Position numbers and translations under genes: made by a program. The notes under the pieces were generated by a model. It worked only from the letters and a program-made list of their open reading frames with translations. It had not been told where the DNA came from and searched no databases. A stretch of DNA of 64,000 nt from Eledone cirrhosa. Lineage: Eukaryota. Shown here in pieces: positions 41,590 through 55,861 of the stretch. Position 1 is the first letter of the stretch, and each line of letters begins with the position of its first letter. The stretch covers positions 204,662,001-204,726,000 of the forward strand of contig OZ024741.1 of assembly GCA_964016885.1 (NCBI GenBank), read 5' to 3'.

Positions 41590-42234
41590 TTCTACCTGGA
41601 GTTGCGACCGATAGATAGTATTAGCAATTGGAAAGACCAACGGAAACATAGTTTCCTCGGTCCGATTTGACGAAAGTCGATCGAAAAAAAAAATATATAT
41701 ATATATATAATATATATATATATATTATATATATATATTATATATATTATATATATATATTATATATATATATATATTATATAATATATATATATATATA
41801 TTATATAATATATATATATATATATTATATATATATATATAATATATATTATATATATATATTAAATATATATATTATATATATATATATTATATATATA
41901 TATATTATATATATATATAATATATATATATATTGGTAAACGGAAAAGAAAATGCTGACAAATTGTTCACAGTGAAAAATAGTTTAATTAGGAATAAGTG
42001 AGAATTAGTAATAGTATTGGTTATTATTCAGTTTTGGTTTTAAGTTTTACCGGTTGCGCATTTCTAATGCTTTATATATATAATATATATATATTATATA
42101 TATATATATTATATATATATATATTATATATATATATTATATATATATATTATATATATATTATATATATATATATATTATATATATATATAATATATAT
42201 ATATATATTATATATATATATAATATATATATAT

Positions 42235-42266
<32 letters not shown>

Positions 42267-42368
42267 TATATATATCTAATATATATATATATATTATATA
42301 TATCTAATATATATATATATATATTATATATATCTAATATATATATATATATATATTATATATATCTA

Positions 42369-42399
<31 letters not shown>

Positions 42400-42466
42400 C
42401 TAATATATATATATATATATATTATATATATCTAATATATATATATATATATATTATATATATCTA

Positions 42467-42497
<31 letters not shown>

Positions 42498-42501
42498 AAT
42501 A

Positions 42502-42967
42502 GATAAACTCCGACCTCACACACTTACACCTCTCCAAGACAATGTCACTGGACCGAGACCTTTGGCGGTACTCAGTAACAGAGAAGACCCGCCTTGCCAG
42601 TAGGCATCTCTAACAAAATACACCCCGTCCCGCCACCACCCACCCCATCCACACCACCCCGTTCTATGTAAAGTTATGTTGGTGCCACGCCATCCAGGCC
42701 GAAACAAATGAGATCGTGTAGGTGTCACGACAAAAAAACACACAGTCCACGCTGTAATGTGGCCGTGTAGGCAACACGGTAAAAACCTCCCAGACCCACA
42801 CTGTAAATGTGGTTGGTGTTAGGAAGGGCATCCAACTGTAGAAAACCTGCCAGACAGTCCTATGCGAGCAAGACAATCACTCTTGCCTCAAGTGGGACTA
42901 CCCCCGTCCAAACCCATGCAAGCGTGGAGCACGGACGTTAAACGTTGATGATGATGATGATGATGAT
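42502..42967 (+). mobile_element. 3' fragment of the same RTE family, with (GAT)n tail, inserted in (TA)n
   Basis: Closely matches 5766-6261 (gacctcacacacttacacctctccaagacaatg ... ggacgttaaacg(at)gatgatg). Confidence 0.9.
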
Positions 42968-43042
42968 ATATTATATATATATTATATATATATTATATAT
43001 ATATATATTATATATATATATATATTATATATATATATATAT

Positions 43043-43074
<32 letters not shown>

Positions 43075-43131
43075 ATATATATTATATATATATATATATA
43101 TTATATATATATATATTATATATATATATAT

Positions 43132-43163
<32 letters not shown>

Positions 43164-43175
43164 ATATTATATATA

Positions 43176-43301
<126 letters not shown>

Positions 43302-43305
43302 TATA

Positions 43306-43339
<34 letters not shown>

Positions 43340-43536
43340 ATATATATATATATATATTATATATATATATATTATATATATATATATTATATATATATAT
43401 ATTATATATATATATATATATTATATATATATATATTATATATATATATATATTATATATATATATTATATATATTATATATATATATTATATATATATA
43501 TTATATATATTATATATATATATTATATATATATAT

Positions 43537-43595
<59 letters not shown>

Positions 43596-44001
43596 ATTAT
43601 ATATATATATTATATATATTATATTATATATATTATATTATATATATTATATTATATATATATTATATATATTATATATATATATTATATATATATATTA
43701 TATATATATATTATATATTATATATATATATATTATATATATTATATATATATATTATATATATATATTATATATTATATATTATATATTATATATATAT
43801 ATTATATATATATATTATATATTATATATATATATATTATATATATTATATATATATATTATATATATATATTATATATTATATATATATATATTATATA
43901 TATTATATATATATATTATATATTATATATATATATATTATATATATTATATATATATATTATATATATATATTATATATATATATGATATATATTATAT
44001 C

Positions 44002-45302
44002 CATGGAGAAGATGGAGTGGCATCAGAGGTGATGAAGGGGTGTGATTTTGATGATATCATCCTGGGGTTCTGTAACGGGGCACTGGAGAAAGGACTTGCC
44101 CCGAATCAGTGGAGGATCAGTAACTTCGTCCCAGTGCCAAAGAAGGGAGATCTCTCTATCACCAACAACTACCGGGGGATCTCACTGACGTCACTTGTGG
44201 CAAAGACCCTCAACAGGATGATTCTTGACAGGATCCAGCCTGAGATGGAGAAGAAGCTCAGGGACAACCAGAACGGCTTCAGAGAGGGTAGATCAACCAC
44301 CAGTCACATCCTGATGCTGAGGAGGATATTAGAGGGAGCTAGAGCAAAGTGCCTTCCTGCGGTCATGGTTTTCATTGACTTTAGGAAGGCCTTTGATTCT
44401 GTGGACCGTTACTGCCTGATGAAGATCTTACAGGCTTATGGAATCCCCAAGAGGATAGTGGACCTGATATCACTGCTCTACACCAAAGCCCAAGTCATTA
44501 CACCTGATGGGATGACAGAGTTCTTTTAGATACTGGCTGGAGTGCTCCAGGGAGATACATTGGCTCCCTACCTTTTTGTCATCGTAGTGGACTATTGTAT
44601 GCGCCTTGCACTGGAGAAACACCAGGACTCTGGCTTTACTGTAGCACCGGCTCAGAGCAGGAGAGTTGGGGCGAAAAAGGTATCGGATGCTGAATTTGCC
44701 GACGACATAGTTTTGGTGACAAATACAGTGAAGGAGGCAGAGGATTTGATGCGGGAGGTTGAGACTGTGTCGATGAGTGTGGGGCTGAGAATGAATGAGA
44801 CTAAAACAAAATATCTGGTAGAGAATGTTGAGAAGCCAGAGGGGATCACTAATGTAGGCGGGAAGCCGCTGGAATTGGTTGAGGACTTCCTGTATTTGGG
44901 AGCAAATATTGGGAATACGGAGGATGATGTGGTTGAGAGGAAGAGCAAGGCCTGGGCGGCGTGCCACAGCTTGAGATCGGTGTGGAAGTCGGACCTTCGT
45001 AGAGACCTGAAAATTCGCCTCTTCATTGCTGTAGTGGAGTCTGTGCTGCTGTGTGGGTTTGAGACTTGGACACTGACCAAGAAACTCACTCAGGTGGTGG
45101 ATGGGTGCTACACGAGAATGCTGAGGATGGCTCTGAACAGTAATCAGTATATACTGAGGATGAAAAACTCAGAGCTGTATGGGAGCATCCCAAAAGTCAG
45201 CTCAAAAGTGACACAGAGGAGACTGAGGTTGGCTGGACATGCTCACCGACATCCAGAGTTGACATTGCACACAGTGGTCCTTTGGGAGCCCCTACATGGA
45301 CA
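44002..45302 (+). mobile_element. Second, more GC-rich RTE-group LINE RT fragment, cut off by the assembly gap
   Basis: ORFs 44017-44529 and 44542 onward are in the same frame, separated by one TAG. Motifs PVPKKGD, NYRGISL, QNGFR, FIDFRKAFDS, QGDTLAPYLF and FADD. Confidence 0.88.
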
Positions 45303-45502
45303 NNNNNNNNNNNNNNNNNNNNNNNNNNNNNNNNNNNNNNNNNNNNNNNNNNNNNNNNNNNNNNNNNNNNNNNNNNNNNNNNNNNNNNNNNNNNNNNNNN
45401 NNNNNNNNNNNNNNNNNNNNNNNNNNNNNNNNNNNNNNNNNNNNNNNNNNNNNNNNNNNNNNNNNNNNNNNNNNNNNNNNNNNNNNNNNNNNNNNNNNNN
45501 NN
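45303..45502. other. Assembly/scaffold gap (200 N)
   Basis: Run of exactly 200 n. Confidence 0.99.
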
Positions 45503-47938
45503 CTTTTCATGTGAGGAGTTTAAATTATACAGCTGCAAGCTTATCCAATTTTGTTGCCCATTCCAGTTGATCTATCTTAACTGCATGGTTGCAGTGGAGA
45601 ATCAACATGCATGAAATATCTACCCATATCATGTAATTATGTTTTCAACAAAAATACTCTGGTTTAGATAGAAGCAGGATATTAAACAGAACAACATTTG
45701 CCCAATAGTTTTGGTGTCATTTTCTATTCATATTCATTATTTTTTAACCTGCAAGGATAAAAAACATTAGATTTTTGACTGCTGATTTCAGAGTATAATA
45801 ATAATCATAACAGGAAGTTAAATCAGTATTAGAACAAAGGACAATGTATTTTATTATTTAGAATTCAGAATCTTGGACAAATGATTGGCAGTATTTGTTT
45901 TGTCTCTTTACATTCTGAGTTCAAATCCCATCAGGGTTAATTTTGCCTTTCATCCTTCTGAGATCAATAAAGTATTGGGGTCAATATAATCAACTTTTCT
46001 TTCCTCTAAATTGCTGGCCTTGTGCCAAAATGTGAAATCATTATTTCAAATTCAGTTTAGTTTCTCTTTCAGGGAAGAAACATGATATCAATATACTTGT
46101 GTGAAATACAATATGTTGTGGAGTTTATGTTATGTATGAATGCATATAGTGAGCAATGTAAAAGCAGAAGTCAGGTGCTAGTTGGTCTGAGAAGAAATTT
46201 GTTTATAGACAGAGAGCAGTAACACTTGAGTCTTTTGTCACTTTATTGTAGGCAATTGGTTTATTTGTTCATCATAAAGCCAGTGATCTATTGTAAAGAC
46301 ATTAGCTAAAATATTTCGTTAATGGAGGAGAGTTTATTGGTTTGGTCTGAGGGAAACATGCTGCATCCAGGGCCTTTGTATGCTCTCTGAGACCTATGAG
46401 ATTGACACAGTTAATGTTCCTCAGAAACAATTGCAAGTTGATGGCTACAGGAAAAACATGAACTGGGAGGGAATTTCAGAGAGCCAACATTTTGGTGTGG
46501 AAAAACTATATGTAATGGTTAGAGCAGGGTTTGGGGAAGGGAAATATCACATGTGATGAGTTTGACTCAATTTTGTGATAGCTTTAATATTTCAAGTATT
46601 TTCTATAGTTGGCAATATGCCGTCATTGTACAAATATATTGCTGATAAATTAAACTGACCAACAGTTAAGGTTTCAGTTTGATTCTATCTTCAGTTAGCA
46701 GTATAAAATATAATAATAATGTTGTAACATATACTATTTTAGAGGGACTATTGGTAATAAACAATGTTTCCTCTAATTTTTAAAAGTCAGTATGCACAAA
46801 ATCTTATGTTGTGCAGATGGTTTTGTTTTTCATTGTTGTTTTTCTTGTGACAAAAGTATGTACATACTGAATGTATAGTAATTATAGTTATTAATTATTA
46901 CATTATTTTAGGCAGCTTTTTTTGTGCAGTAGTTTCAAAACCTGCATTCATCTGCACATACAGACACACACACACAGCAAAAAAGGATCAGAGTTTTTAA
47001 GAAATTCACTGGTAAAAAAAAAAGTGAGATTGAACAGAAACTGGTACACAAACTTCAAATTGCCAACCTTATATTTAATAATATTTAATAAAATATTACT
47101 ATAATGCTTTGATTTCATTATTAGAGCAAAATTCACTATAAATTATAGATAGAAATTGAATCTGCATTCTCTGTGGAGTCCAAGAATTTAGTAAAAATAT
47201 GTATGCTAATAGGTCTTAAATCTGATTTTAAATTCAATGAAAGGTTTTTGTTGTGTATAATGGTTGTAGGTTTAATTTACTTTGTTCCACCAAAACCATC
47301 CCATTTCTATGATTACAAACCTCTCACTTTAAAGTATTCATATTTAGATAAAAAATAATGTTATAGTTGAATACTTTTGTTAAGCTATGTTCTAAACTCC
47401 ACCTTAATAAAATGGTTAGATATTTTACTGAATCCTTTCAAATTGTTGGTTATTTACAAAATTTAATTGAACATCATAGGTAATGAATTTCATTAGAAAT
47501 ATGGTAATGAATAGCATACCAATACAGCATGCATTATGAATAAATTTGTATATAATGTCATACACATATTTATTATGTTTTGCTGTGAAATTAGGCCCAT
47601 TAAGGCCTTTTTAACAGCTTGGGATGAGAACCAAACTGATCAATTTCATTATTTAATTCATCAAAATTCATCCACCTCTTCTACCAAAGATATCCAGATG
47701 AAACAGTGAGAGGTTACTTACTAAAAATGTGAAAAATATTGTGCCAGGAACAGCTCTTTTGAATAATGGTCTAATATTTCAATAGCACAACAATAATTAC
47801 TAGAATATTAATAGGGCATAGATATTTTACATGCAATACTATGATGCCCTAACCAACATGAATTTTATCACTCATCTAATGAATGCCATACAACTTAAAG
47901 AATTTAAGGTTATCGTGAAATTAAATTATTAGATAAAA

Positions 47939-48510
47939 CTACCAGAAAAACCACCTTTCGGGTGGTTTTCTGCTAGCATGTGTAGTGTGCATATTGATAT
48001 TATATGCAAATATACATGCATGTAGATATGATACATCAAATAAAATCGTAATTGACAATATGCACAGAAATTGAAGAGAGACTATGTTACACTCTCTTAT
48101 GTAATCAGTAAAGTAATCCATGCTAGATTTAAAAAAGATGATATTATATATAAACTGCATTACAGTGAAATGTAATTAAAACGAAAAAGGAGAAAATTAG
48201 CAACAGAAATATAAATGTTATGATATCACAATGCAAATATATGAATGCTTATATAAGCGATGTGATATAGCGTCCGTTATATTATAACCGGAAGTATTGA
48301 CATTTGAAAATTTTAAAAGAAGTGAATCTTAAAATAAGCAATCATTATATATAAGAATATTTATGTTTAATCAACAGCTACGAAATTTAGTAGATAAATT
48401 ATGTAATATTCATTCATTATTTATTCAAGGTAATCTAACTTATTTTACTAACGGAATAAAAAAATATATTCAGGACACAGTCCCACATTCCTCCCTTTAT
48501 TATATTATAA
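47939..48510 (-). mobile_element. Non-autonomous Helitron-like element, copy 1
   Basis: The minus-strand 3' end has the hairpin agaaaaccacc-cgaaa-ggtggtttttct followed by GGTAG|T. The body is shared with 57517-58010. Confidence 0.65.
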
Positions 48511-51106
48511 TTGACTTGCCACTTAATAATATATAATGACTGAATATTAAAAATGTGATAAATGGATTCAGTAGTTCCTAATAAGAAAATAAGAATATCA
48601 TAATTGGTTTAAGTTACTCTCTCAGTTTTAGTGGTATGAAACCCAAACTCTGATGACAACTAGAATTATCTTCATATTGTTGGGTGCTATTGACCATATT
48701 TGTTCAATTTCAATTTTTAAGTCAGTATATTTTGTTATTTTTTTCCAATTTCTTTCAAGGCTCATTATTATCCTCATTAGCGTTGTTGTTGTTGTGGTTG
48801 TGGTAGAGGTAGTGGTAGTGGTGGTGGCAGAATTTTTAGAGTGCTGGACAAAGTGCTTTGTAGTATTTGATTATGGCCTTTTACATTCTAAATACAAATC
48901 CCAGAAAGTCAACTTAACCTTTCATTCTTCCAAAGTCAATAAAATAAAGTATCAGTCTAGTACTGGGGTTAGGGTTGATTTTAATGAAGATGCCACAATT
49001 ATCAATGAAACTACATATTAAAAGTACATAAATTTGTATGTGTGAAATGAAGATAAAATGTTATGACACAAATGCCAGAATCATTTTTTGCTCCCAACCT
49101 TCTTTGTTGATCTAGAAAGAGTGTCTTGAAAATTAATCTTATTTTTATTTTTAGCCTTCTTCTACTTTGAAAATTGTGGCTATTTAGAGCCAATCTAATT
49201 TACATTTAACATATTGCTGCTTTCTTGTACTTTTTATCAGAATTCTCAAACAAAACGTGTGTTTTCAAAGGTAACTAATGAACACTCACTTATGCAGTAA
49301 TTCCCTCAAACAACCAATGTAATGGAAGTTTCTGCACATTCAATAGTTTCAAGTCTAACTCATCAAATCTGCAAAAGCAGGTCATCATATAGTTTTATCT
49401 CTTTCTCCTTTCTCTCGCCCTCACACATTCAAAGCAATTTTACATGTTAGCTTTAAAACTACTTAGCTTTTAAACTACAAACACCCAGTGACTTCTACCT
49501 TTTTCTGTTATCACCTTCAAACAGTAGCCTCCTCAGCTTATGCTCAAGTACTCAGCCATCTCTAACAGCCTCCACCTTCTCATATACTCTTTCAAAGCAA
49601 TCTTCTTTTTTTCACAAACTCTAATTACCTTTGCCTCTTGAATATATAGTCCCATTACATACAGCAGCATCTGCCTTTTTCCCTTCCGCAAACCCATTGC
49701 CCTTTATTGCCTTACCCTGTCAATAAACATCTTCAATTATATCACCCACAATATCACCCATTACTTCTCTTATTTTTCTCTTCATCTTTTTTTGTATATT
49801 TACATTTAATCTACACACACACAGAACCATCTTCAAAATACTATAGCACATTACCCATAAAACATGCATGCATTTGATGGTCGGTATTTGGAACAATGTT
49901 TTATTCTTTTCTGATTTTTGGTATTCTGCTGTGGTAACCAATGATTGATTAAATGCTAAGTATAAAAACTTGTTTTGTGTGTGGGTGTCATCATCATTTA
50001 ATGACCATTTTCCATGCTAGTAAAGCTTGGATAGATCATCACAGACTAAGTTAGTAAATTAGAACTACTGACCTCTTAGATAAACCAAGAGCTCACTTTA
50101 TCATCATCATCATTTGATGTCTGCTTTCCCTGCTAGCAAGGGTTGAATGTGTGTGTATGTGGTAACAAATTCTTGAGAGAACTGGTTAGCAGAAAATTTT
50201 AAAAGAAGCTGCCTCATGCCATGTAAGTGTTTCAGCCCTTAACTCCTTATGCTCTAAGGGAGCATGGTTGCATCCAGGTCTGATGCCTTTTAATCACTTG
50301 ACTATTGGAAACATGTTGTGTGCTGGACACTTATGTGAAGATCACTTATGTTACTCCCCAACCACATCCAACAGGAATTCCTCTCAGTTGCCTCTGCTAT
50401 TTACCTTTAGCGCTGTCATCCTCTTCTTCCCCAGGATGGAAAGCAGTTTCATGAGATTTGCTAATAAGCCCTCTGGCTCCAACCTCAATGTATGACACAC
50501 ACACACATATATAAACATATATATATATACATTGTTTAACATCTGCTTTCCCTACTAGCAGATCATGTTGGTAATCAATGCAGAGGTACTGGCCCCATAT
50601 TGAGCCAGGATCTTGCATCTCACTTATGTTCTTGCACCCTACCAAGTGTTCAGATGAGCTGGCTACCATCAACTTGCTTACATATGGTGCCCCACATTAC
50701 CAAATGCATTTTGTCATAACTCCACCACTAGGGAAGTTGTCATGTCTTTAACACAGCTGAAGAGTTCTCTCCACCTATCACCATTCACTTTATAGAGTGT
50801 ACAGGGTGCATTTATTATATAAATTACTAACCAAGGGAAATTAGCTGAAGAGTGCTCCCAACCTTTTGGCAGGTTTTCTATTGCTGGATGCCTTTCCTAT
50901 GACCATCACTAGAGAGTCTGCCATGCCCTTGATCCTTTGTTACATGGTTTCTACAGTAGGATGCCCCTCCTGTTATCAACCACTCTACTGGATGCACTCA
51001 GTGCATTCTTCATGCATCAGTACTAGATAGTTTGTTGGTCATTTATTCAACTGAAGAACCCTCTCTGCCCATATGTATATATGTGTCTGTGTGTGTATAT
51101 ATATCA

Positions 51107-51395
51107 TCATCATCATCAGTCCTTTGACTTCTATAGTTGTCGGGAGGTCCTACTGCAGAAGCAGCACACACTCAAAATAGCCTATCAACGGCAGCCATCA
51201 ACAAATCTAGTGTCGTCATTTTGCGTCCACTTTTTGACTTTGTCCAACCAGTTTTTGTATTGGCATCCCTCCTGCATCCGCCTTAAACAGTGCCTTGCAT
51301 GATGGTCTTGCACAGGCTGTCATGTCGTGTAATGTGGCCAAACCACACCAGTTTCCTCCTCTGGACAATGGCGAGGAGAGGTTCCTGGTGACCCA
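51107..51395 (-). mobile_element. 3' end of an RTE/BovB-like LINE, minus strand
   Basis: Minus strand translates RRKLVWFGHITRHDSLCKTIMQG..., followed by a (GAT)n tail seen as catcatcatc on +. Confidence 0.7.
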
Positions 51396-51452
51396 CAAAA
51401 CTTTATATGTATATATATATAATGTACATACATATTTTATATTATATTATAT

Positions 51453-53003
51453 ATGTATAAGCCACTCTACTTGGCATTTGTCGACCTTGAGAAAGCCTTT
51501 GACAGAGTTCCACGTGCTGTAATCTGGTGGGCTCTTAGAAAACTAGGAGTAGATGAATGGCTTGTGAAAGCAGTACAAGCCATGTATAGGGGAGCAGTCA
51601 GCAAAGTTAGGATTAGCAATGAGTATAGCGAGGAATTTAGCATACAGGTTGGGGTCCACCAGGTCTGTTCTTAGCCCCCTCCTGTTCATCATAGTCCTGC
51701 AGGCAATAACGGAGGAGTTTAAGACCGGATGCCCATGGGAACTCCTGTATGCTGATGACCTCGCACTTATAGCTGAATCTATGGTAGAACTAGAGAATAA
51801 ATTCCAAACTTGGAAGCAGGGACTAGAAAGAAAGGGTCTCAAAGTCAACATGACAAAGACTAAGGTCCTTGTAAGTAGACGAGAAAACAGAACCCAGATC
51901 CCCTCAGGGAAATGGCCTTGCTCAGTATGTAGGAAAGGTGTAGGTAGGAACTCCATTCTCTGCCCCAAATGCAAACAATAGGTACACAAGAGATGTAGCG
52001 GGATCTCAGGAAGCTTAATTAAGAATGTAGGCTTCACATGCAGCAGCTGTGCTGGGACAGCAAACAGCCACAGGAAACAAGTACCACCAATCTCTGGGAG
52101 GGCTCTGTAGAAACAGTAGACAGCTTCTGCTACCTAGGTGACCGAATTAGCAGCGGAGGTGGGTGTTCAGAAAGTACAATAACTAGGGTAAGAACGGGAT
52201 GGAAGAAGTTTAGGGAACAACTACCACTGCTAGCTGCAAAAGGCTTTTCCCTCAGAATGAAAGGCAGACTGTATGATGTGTGTATCCGAACAGCAATGTT
52301 GCATGGTAGTGAGACCTGGGCGCTGAAGGTGGAAGACTTACGTAGATTAGAGAGAAACGAAGCCTGCATGCTCTGATGGATGTGTAACAGTAATATACGT
52401 GAACGACAAAGCATAAATGAATTGAGAGAGAGACTGAGCATAAGAGGAATCAAATGCTGTGTGCAGGAGAGGCGGTTGCACTGGTATGGACATGTGATGC
52501 GTATGAAGGATGACAGCTGCATAAAAAGGTGCAGAGCACTAGAAGTCGATGGAAACCGCGGAGTGGGGAGACCCAAGATGACCTGGGATGAGGTGATAAA
52601 AGCCGACCTTACCCAATTACACCTCTCAAAGGCAATGACACACGACCGTGACTTCTGGTGTCACGCAGTAATACAGAGTACCCGACCTCCCATGGGTACA
52701 AGCTGAAGCATATAGACAATATGCCCCCACACCCCCCACCGCAAGGTGGTCGTGGAGGTGCCACGGCAAAAAAGCACCCAGCCCACACTGTAAAATGGAC
52801 GTGTAGGCGCCACGAAAAAGCACCCAGCACTCACTGTAAATGAGGTTGGTGTTAGGAAGGGCATCCAGCTGTAGAAATCAAGCCAAATCAGTTCCTGTAT
52901 GAGCAAGGCATGGTCAGCCGACCAGACACTGCCCACAACAGGACAACCCGTCTAACCCATGCTAGCGTGGAAGAACGGACGTAAAATGGTGATGATGATG
53001 ATG
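51453..53003 (+). mobile_element. 5'-truncated RTE LINE (sister subfamily of 4091-6261) with frameshifts and stops
   Basis: ORFs 51453-51674, 51619-51981, 52038-52376 and 52380-52706 carry LAFVDLEKAFD, LYADD, CSVC and the C-terminal motifs; (GAT)n tail at about 52990. Confidence 0.92.
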
Positions 53004-54377
53004 TGTGTCCATGCATACCTGACATAATTCTAATATGAAATAGGAGGCTGAATTGTACCATTAATGAATTAACTCTTAACATCCTGTACTGCATGAAAGC
53101 ATATTAGCAAGGCATTCTTGAAAAGTACAAAACTACACTATGACTGCATCACATTGAGATTTAAAATCTTTAGTTTATTGAAAGTTTTCACAAAGGTACT
53201 GCAAAAAATGTTCAATTAAGAAACCTGTTCTTAGATATTTTATGCTAAATCATGATGTTAAGTATTAACTTAAAAGATATTCTTTTGAAATTTGTTGTGT
53301 TATTTAGTCAACAATGTTTTCTATTTATCTGTGATTTTTTTTTCTCCTTGGCTTTTCGCTACCAGTATGTTTTGCTTTTTGGTTCCTATTGTTTTACTAT
53401 ATGTTGTAGTTTTACAATATGTTGTAGTTATTATAATGATTATATTGTCTTTTTGTCTGCATGGGTGTTACTATATTGTCAGTGTACTATTTCATGTTTA
53501 CATTTGGCTTTGTTTACTCTTTTTTTCATTTTTTTATAAATATTTTGTATTTATTAAAATCATTATTGATCTAGCAATCATGTGAGTATGTGTGTATATA
53601 TGTGTACACACACTTTAATCATATTTTATTTTTATGAACTATTTTATTATCTCAAAGCTTTTACTTGAACTGTTTAAATGTTGCTAAAAATAGATTTTTT
53701 TTTTTTTTAATTATAAACTTTATTATGTCTTTTACTTTTGTTGACAACATGCAAAATTATATACTCAACTATTTTACTTTTGCTTCTTTTTAAATATCTA
53801 AATTTATTTAATCAATTTTATTTCAAATCCTGTGGAATTTACATTAGTTTTTTGAGATCTGCCACAAAAGATAATGATTGTGAAATATGGTGAACAATTA
53901 GATAAAACTAATCATAAGAAACTCATTATTTTCATCATTTAACATCTGCTTTCCATGGGTTAGACAGAATTTTACAATCGGGGACTAGATTGGTCAGAGA
54001 CAGCATTTTGTTTATACATTCTATATTTTGGCATGGTTTGTATAGCTGTATGCCCTTCGTCATAATTATCATTTAACCATTTAGCATTTACATTACTCTA
54101 TATTTACTATTAAATTGTCATGGTAAAGGGTTTACCTCACATAATTATCTCATATAATATCAAATTTATGAGATTTTGAAATCATTTATTTTGAGAACAA
54201 TACCTTAACGTAAGTATGACTAGCAAGTTATGGCCAGTTTGAACAGAAAACGGTGACAGAAGTCTGGCCGGATATGGCTGGTTTAAATGCTAGCAAGAGT
54301 TAGACAAGTCGTATAATGTTAATTCACTATTTGGATTACTGTAAACACTATAAAATTAACAAATAAAACACCATTAA

Positions 54378-54586
54378 CCCTTTAGCATTTACATTACTCT
54401 ATATATACTACTGTATTTTTGTAGTAAAGACTTTATCTTACATAATTATCTCGCATAATATCGAATCTATGAGGTTTTTGTTATTTATTTTGAGAACAAT
54501 ACCTTAATATCAGTATGAGTGGCCAGTTTAAACAGAAAGAGGTGAGAGATTTCTGGCTGGATATGGCCTGTTTAAATGCTAAAGGG
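54378..54586. mobile_element. piggyBac-type MITE with TTAA TSD (older copy at about 54077-54299)
   Basis: ttaa|ccctttagcattta ... taaatgctaaaggg|ttaa. Confidence 0.82.
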
Positions 54587-54590
54587 TTAA

Positions 54591-54815
54591 CCCTTTCATT
54601 ACCATATTTTTAATGAAAGACACTACCTATGATTTTTAAATAATTTCGAAAGTAATCAAGAATTTTAATGTATATAACTAACTTTTTCATTATTAAACTT
54701 GCATTTGTAACATAACATAAAATTTTGATGGAAGGTTTTTAGATAAACATAAACACTTTAAAATAAACTGTTTTGTATCATAGAACCATGAGTGGTTTCA
54801 GACATATCAAAAGGG
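54591..54815. mobile_element. Second piggyBac-type MITE, sharing a TTAA with the previous one
   Basis: ttaa|cccttt ... aaaggg|ttaa. Confidence 0.65.
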
Positions 54816-55309
54816 TTAAAATAATTTATATATGGGAAGAATATACAAATTTGATTTAGAAATATGAAGAAAAGGATGAATATAAGAAGATTAAAACGAA
54901 ACCTGTAATTATATCTACATCGAATTTTTCAGTTAGAAACTTAGCTGTGAAAAGAAGGAAGTGTAAACACACTTTCTTCTATTTCCTCTGTGCACAGAAA
55001 ATCATAAGAGATTAACTTCACAGATTTCATAGATTATTGCCTCTTCATCAGAAGATAATTACTTCTATGATTCTGCCTATAGAGGGAACTACTATATAGC
55101 ATTGCTATTTATGTCAAGTAAAGTAACCAAAATGATCAGTCTAATTTGCATGAGATGCATTAATTTGGCAACATAATTAAGTAATATTTATGCAGACAAC
55201 AGTGTGTATTAGAAGATTTAAGATAGTATTGAATTTGTCTTTAGATATTTCAATGTAAGTATTAGCTTCTGGGTAAAGTTTCATTTAAACAAAAATTTAA
55301 GTTCATTAA

Positions 55310-55502
55310 CTCTTAACATCCTGTACAACATGAAACCACATTAACAAGATATTCTAACTGCATCACATTAAAAATTAAAGTCTTTACTCTCATACTGAAA
55401 CTTTTCACAATGATTTGTCTACAGACTATAAACATTTGAATTAACAAACCTTTTCTTGTTATTTTACATATTTTCTGTTAAATTATTACTGGATCTTAAG
55501 AG
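55310..55502. mobile_element. TTAA-flanked MITE (related copy at about 53073-53264)
   Basis: ttaa|ctcttaacatcc ... ggatcttaagag|ttaa. The internal sequence is shared with the 53073 copy. Confidence 0.68.
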
Positions 55503-55623
55503 TTAATTTTCACAAAAAAAAGGAGATATCTTAAACATTTTCTTCCTTATTCTCATTGATGCAGATCACTACTTCATAAGAAAAGAAAATATTTCCTGAT
55601 ATTTTATAATGATTTCCTTTATT

Positions 55624-55799
<176 letters not shown>

Positions 55800-55861
55800 A
55801 AAGTTGATGGAAGATTATGAATTTAAATTTAAGTGCAGGATATATTTTATTAATCTTTTAG

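Noticed and set aside
41660-41690. ttgacga...gaaa as another hammerhead
   Set aside because: It lacks the C of CUGANGA and a proper stem II/III. It is better explained as a GAAA-tetraloop hairpin before a poly(A) tail.
45197-45614. ORFs containing X runs
   Set aside because: Artefacts of reading through the N gap.
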